A stretch of 64,000 bases of DNA from Pirellulales bacterium. Its GTDB lineage: Bacteria > Planctomycetota > Planctomycetia > Pirellulales > UBA1268. The notes under the pieces are model-generated. The model was not told where the DNA came from. It searched no databases and was given only the letters and a program-made list of their open reading frames with translations. Shown in pieces: positions 61,847-64,000 of the stretch. Position numbers and translations under genes: made by a program. The number at the start of each line of letters is the position of its first letter. Position 1 is the first letter of the stretch. The stretch is from contig JBJTDZ010000120.1 in assembly GCA_046092585.1 (NCBI GenBank), positions 6,606 through 70,605 of the forward strand, in the 5' to 3' direction.

Positions 61847-64000
61847 CGGGGCCCACGAGCTTCGCCAGTTCCACCACGCTCACGGGCACGAGCGAGAGAG
61901 CGATCACGAACGGCCAGTCGCGGCCCGGGGTCACGCCCACTTCGAGGAACGAACGCGCCGGCGGCACCATCACCACCGCCACCTGCAGGAGCGCCGACAG
62001 CGCCACGGCCACCAGCAGCGCGGGGTTGGCACGGACCCCCAGCCCGAACGCCGTGCGGCGGTCGCTGCGGCAGCCGATGGCGAAGAGGAGTTGCGAGAAC
62101 GCCGCCACGCAGAAGGCCACGGTGCGGGCGTGCGGCAGACGCTCGGGATCGCCCCGCCAGGTGAACCAGAAGGCCGCCACGGCCACGGCGGCGACGATCG
62201 CCCCATGGGCCAGGATCTCGAGTCCACGCCGCCGGGGGATCACCGGCTCGCGTGGCGGCCGCGGCGGCCGCTGCATGATGTCGGGCTCGGGCGGTTCGAG
62301 CCCGAGCGCCAGCGCGGGCAGGCCATCGGTCACGAGGTTGAGCCAGAGGATCTGGATCGCCGCCAGCGGCGCGGGCCAGCCCGCCACGGCGGCCACGAGC
62401 ATGAGCAGCACTTCACCGGCGTTGCAGGCCAGCAGGTAGTGCATGAACTTCTGGATGTTGTCGTAGATGCCCCGTCCTTCCTCGACCGCGGCCACGATGG
62501 AGGCGAAGTTGTCGTCGGTGAGCACCATGTCGGCCGCCTCCCGGGTCACATCCGTGCCGGTGATGCCCATGGCGATCCCGATGTCGGCCGCCTTCACCGC
62601 CGGCGCGTCGTTGACGCCATCGCCCGTCATGGCGACCACCTGCCCGAGCCCCTGCAGCGCCCGCACGATCCGGAGCTTGTGCTCCGCCGACACGCGGGCG
62701 TAGATCGCGGTGTCGACCGCGATCCGCTCGAGCGCCGCGTCGTCGACCTCGTCGAGCATCGCACCGGTCACGGCCCGCGGGGCATCGCCGTCCACCAGCC
62801 CGAGTTCCCGGCCGATGGCCAGGGCCGTGGCGGGATGGTCGCCCGTGATCATCACCGGCCGGATGCCCGCCGACCGGCAGCGGGCCACGGCCACCCGGGC
62901 CTCGTCGCGCGGCGGGTCGATCATGCCCACGAGGCCGACGTGCACGAGCCCGCGCTCCGTGCGGGCCGGATCGGCGTCGAGCGGCTCGGCGGCGTGCAGA
63001 TCCCGCCAGGCGAGCGACAGCACCCGCAGCGCGTCGCGGGCGAGCCCGTCGGCGACGGCAAGGATTTCCCGCCGGCGTTCGCCGCTGAGCGGCACGACCT
63101 GCCCCTCCCGCTGCTCGGCGACGCAGCACTCGAGCACCGCCTCGGGAGCCCCCTTCGTGGCCAGCCGGCGGCCGCCAGGCGTCGTCACCACCACGCTCAT
63201 CCGCTTGCGGGTGGAATCGAAGGGGATCTCGAAGATCACCGGCTCGGCGGGGTCGGTCGCCGGGATGCCCGCCTTGGCCGCGGCCACCACCAGCGCGGCC
63301 TCGGTGGGATCGCCGACGGCCTGCCAGCCGCCGCCGTCCACCGGCGGCTGAAGCGACGCGGTGCTGCAGCGGGCGGCGATGCCGAGCAGGGCGTGGAGGT
63401 CGGGATCGCCACTCGACGCGGGACCGCCGGCGGCGGTGAGAAAGCCGCCCCGCGGCTCGTAGCCGGCTCCGGTCACCCGCACGTCGGCCGCCGCGGTGAC
63501 GATGCGCCGCACGGTCATCTCGTTGCGGGTGAGCGTGCCGGTCTTGTCGGAGCAGATCACCGTGACCGCGCCGAGCGTCTCCACGCTCGGCAGCCGGCGG
63601 ACGAGCGCGTTTCGGGCCACCATCCGCTGCAGCCCGAGCGCGAGCACGAGCGTGACGACGGCCGGCAGCCCCTCGGGCACGGCGGCCACTGCCAGGCTCA
63701 CCGCCCGCAGGAGCAGGTCGGTGAGGCCGCCCGTCTGCCACAGCCGGGCCAGCCCGCCGCCACGGATCACCTCGAACAGGAAGATGGCCGCGACCACCAC
63801 GAGGCAGACGGCGATCAGGATCCTGCCGAGCCCCGCGAGCCGCCGCTGGAGCGGCGTCGGTTCCGGTGGCGCGTGCTCGAGCATCCCGGCGATGCGGCCG
63901 ACCTCCGTCGCCATGCCGGTGGCCACGACGACGGCCATGCCACTGCCGGCGGCGACCACCGTGCCGGCATGCACCATCGAGCGGCGATCTCCGAGGGGCG
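61821..64000 (-). CDS. cation-transporting P-type ATPase (type II, Ca2+/Mg2+-like), N-terminus beyond window
   Basis: ICSDKTGTLTRNEM phosphorylation site, MITGDHPATA, VAMTGDGVNDAPAVKAADIGIAMG. The frame remains open to position 64000. The 3' end overlaps the convergent oxidoreductase gene by 26 nt. Confidence 0.92.
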   Translation of the reverse strand, partial: PLGDRRSMVHAGTVVAAGSGMAVVVATGMATEVGRIAGMLEHAPPEPTPLQRRLAGLGRILIAVCLVVVAAIFLFEVIRGGGLARLWQTGGLTDLLLRAVSLAVAAVPEGLPAVVTLVLALGLQRMVARNALVRRLPSVETLGAVTVICSDKTGTLTRNEMTVRRIVTAAADVRVTGAGYEPRGGFLTAAGGPASSGDPDLHALLGIAARCSTASLQPPVDGGGWQAVGDPTEAALVVAAAKAGIPATDPAEPVIFEIPFDSTRKRMSVVVTTPGGRRLATKGAPEAVLECCVAEQREGQVVPLSGERRREILAVADGLARDALRVLSLAWRDLHAAEPLDADPARTERGLVHVGLVGMIDPPRDEARVAVARCRSAGIRPVMITGDHPATALAIGRELGLVDGDAPRAVTGAMLDEVDDAALERIAVDTAIYARVSAEHKLRIVRALQGLGQVVAMTGDGVNDAPAVKAADIGIAMGITGTDVTREAADMVLTDDNFASIVAAVEEGRGIYDNIQKFMHYLLACNAGEVLLMLVAAVAGWPAPLAAIQILWLNLVTDGLPALALGLEPPEPDIMQRPPRPPREPVIPRRRGLEILAHGAIVAAVAVAAFWFTWRGDPERLPHARTVAFCVAAFSQLLFAIGCRSDRRTAFGLGVRANPALLVAVALSALLQVAVVMVPPARSFLEVGVTPGRDWPFVIALSLVPVSVVELAKLVGPVRRRSSTA

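Overview
This is a very GC-rich bacterial chromosomal segment; third codon positions are almost all G/C. Long mirror ORFs appear antisense to nearly every real gene, which is a composition artefact. The gene content points to Planctomycetota (Pirellulales-like): a Tat-signal Gfo/Idh/MocA oxidoreductase, many secreted TPR/helical-repeat proteins, an ExbB with a signal peptide, McsA/McsB, and Arg/Gly/Pro-rich protein tails. That taxon call is an inference and was not checked.

I call about 55 protein genes and one tRNA-Asp(GUC). Most are core functions:
- amino-acid and cofactor metabolism: serC-serA, metH, trpB-trpA, trpE, coaD, cobA/hemD fusion, pyrK, manA, a PfkB kinase
- DNA and translation: xerD-like, mutM, rpsT, rluB, alaS, recA, gltX
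- stress and transport: tpx, Mn-type sodA, a partial P-type ATPase

I see no rRNA, CRISPR array, transposase, phage gene or recognisable defence system. I cannot point to a clear-cut novel system.

The items most worth a second look are:
1. A co-directional 7-gene cluster at 3621-12880: ECF sigma, vWA-type putative anti-sigma, a 1116-aa secreted helical protein, a TPR protein, and ExbB-ExbD-ExbD. No TonB or TonB-dependent receptor is in the window.
2. A dense family of 130-195 bp GC-rich palindromic intergenic elements (R1). There are at least 5 full copies plus fragments, with conserved termini GGGGCTGCCCRTGCCC. Three genes end inside or right next to a copy.
3. An 84-nt repeat (R2) in three copies, two of them identical.
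4. An ATGA-coupled three-gene operon pairing a BY-kinase-like protein that has lost its Walker-A lysine with an ExeA-like AAA ATPase.

All family assignments come from reading motifs by eye. No BLAST, HMM, folding or statistics were run. Start codons are chosen by homology, RBS and coupling logic and may be off.
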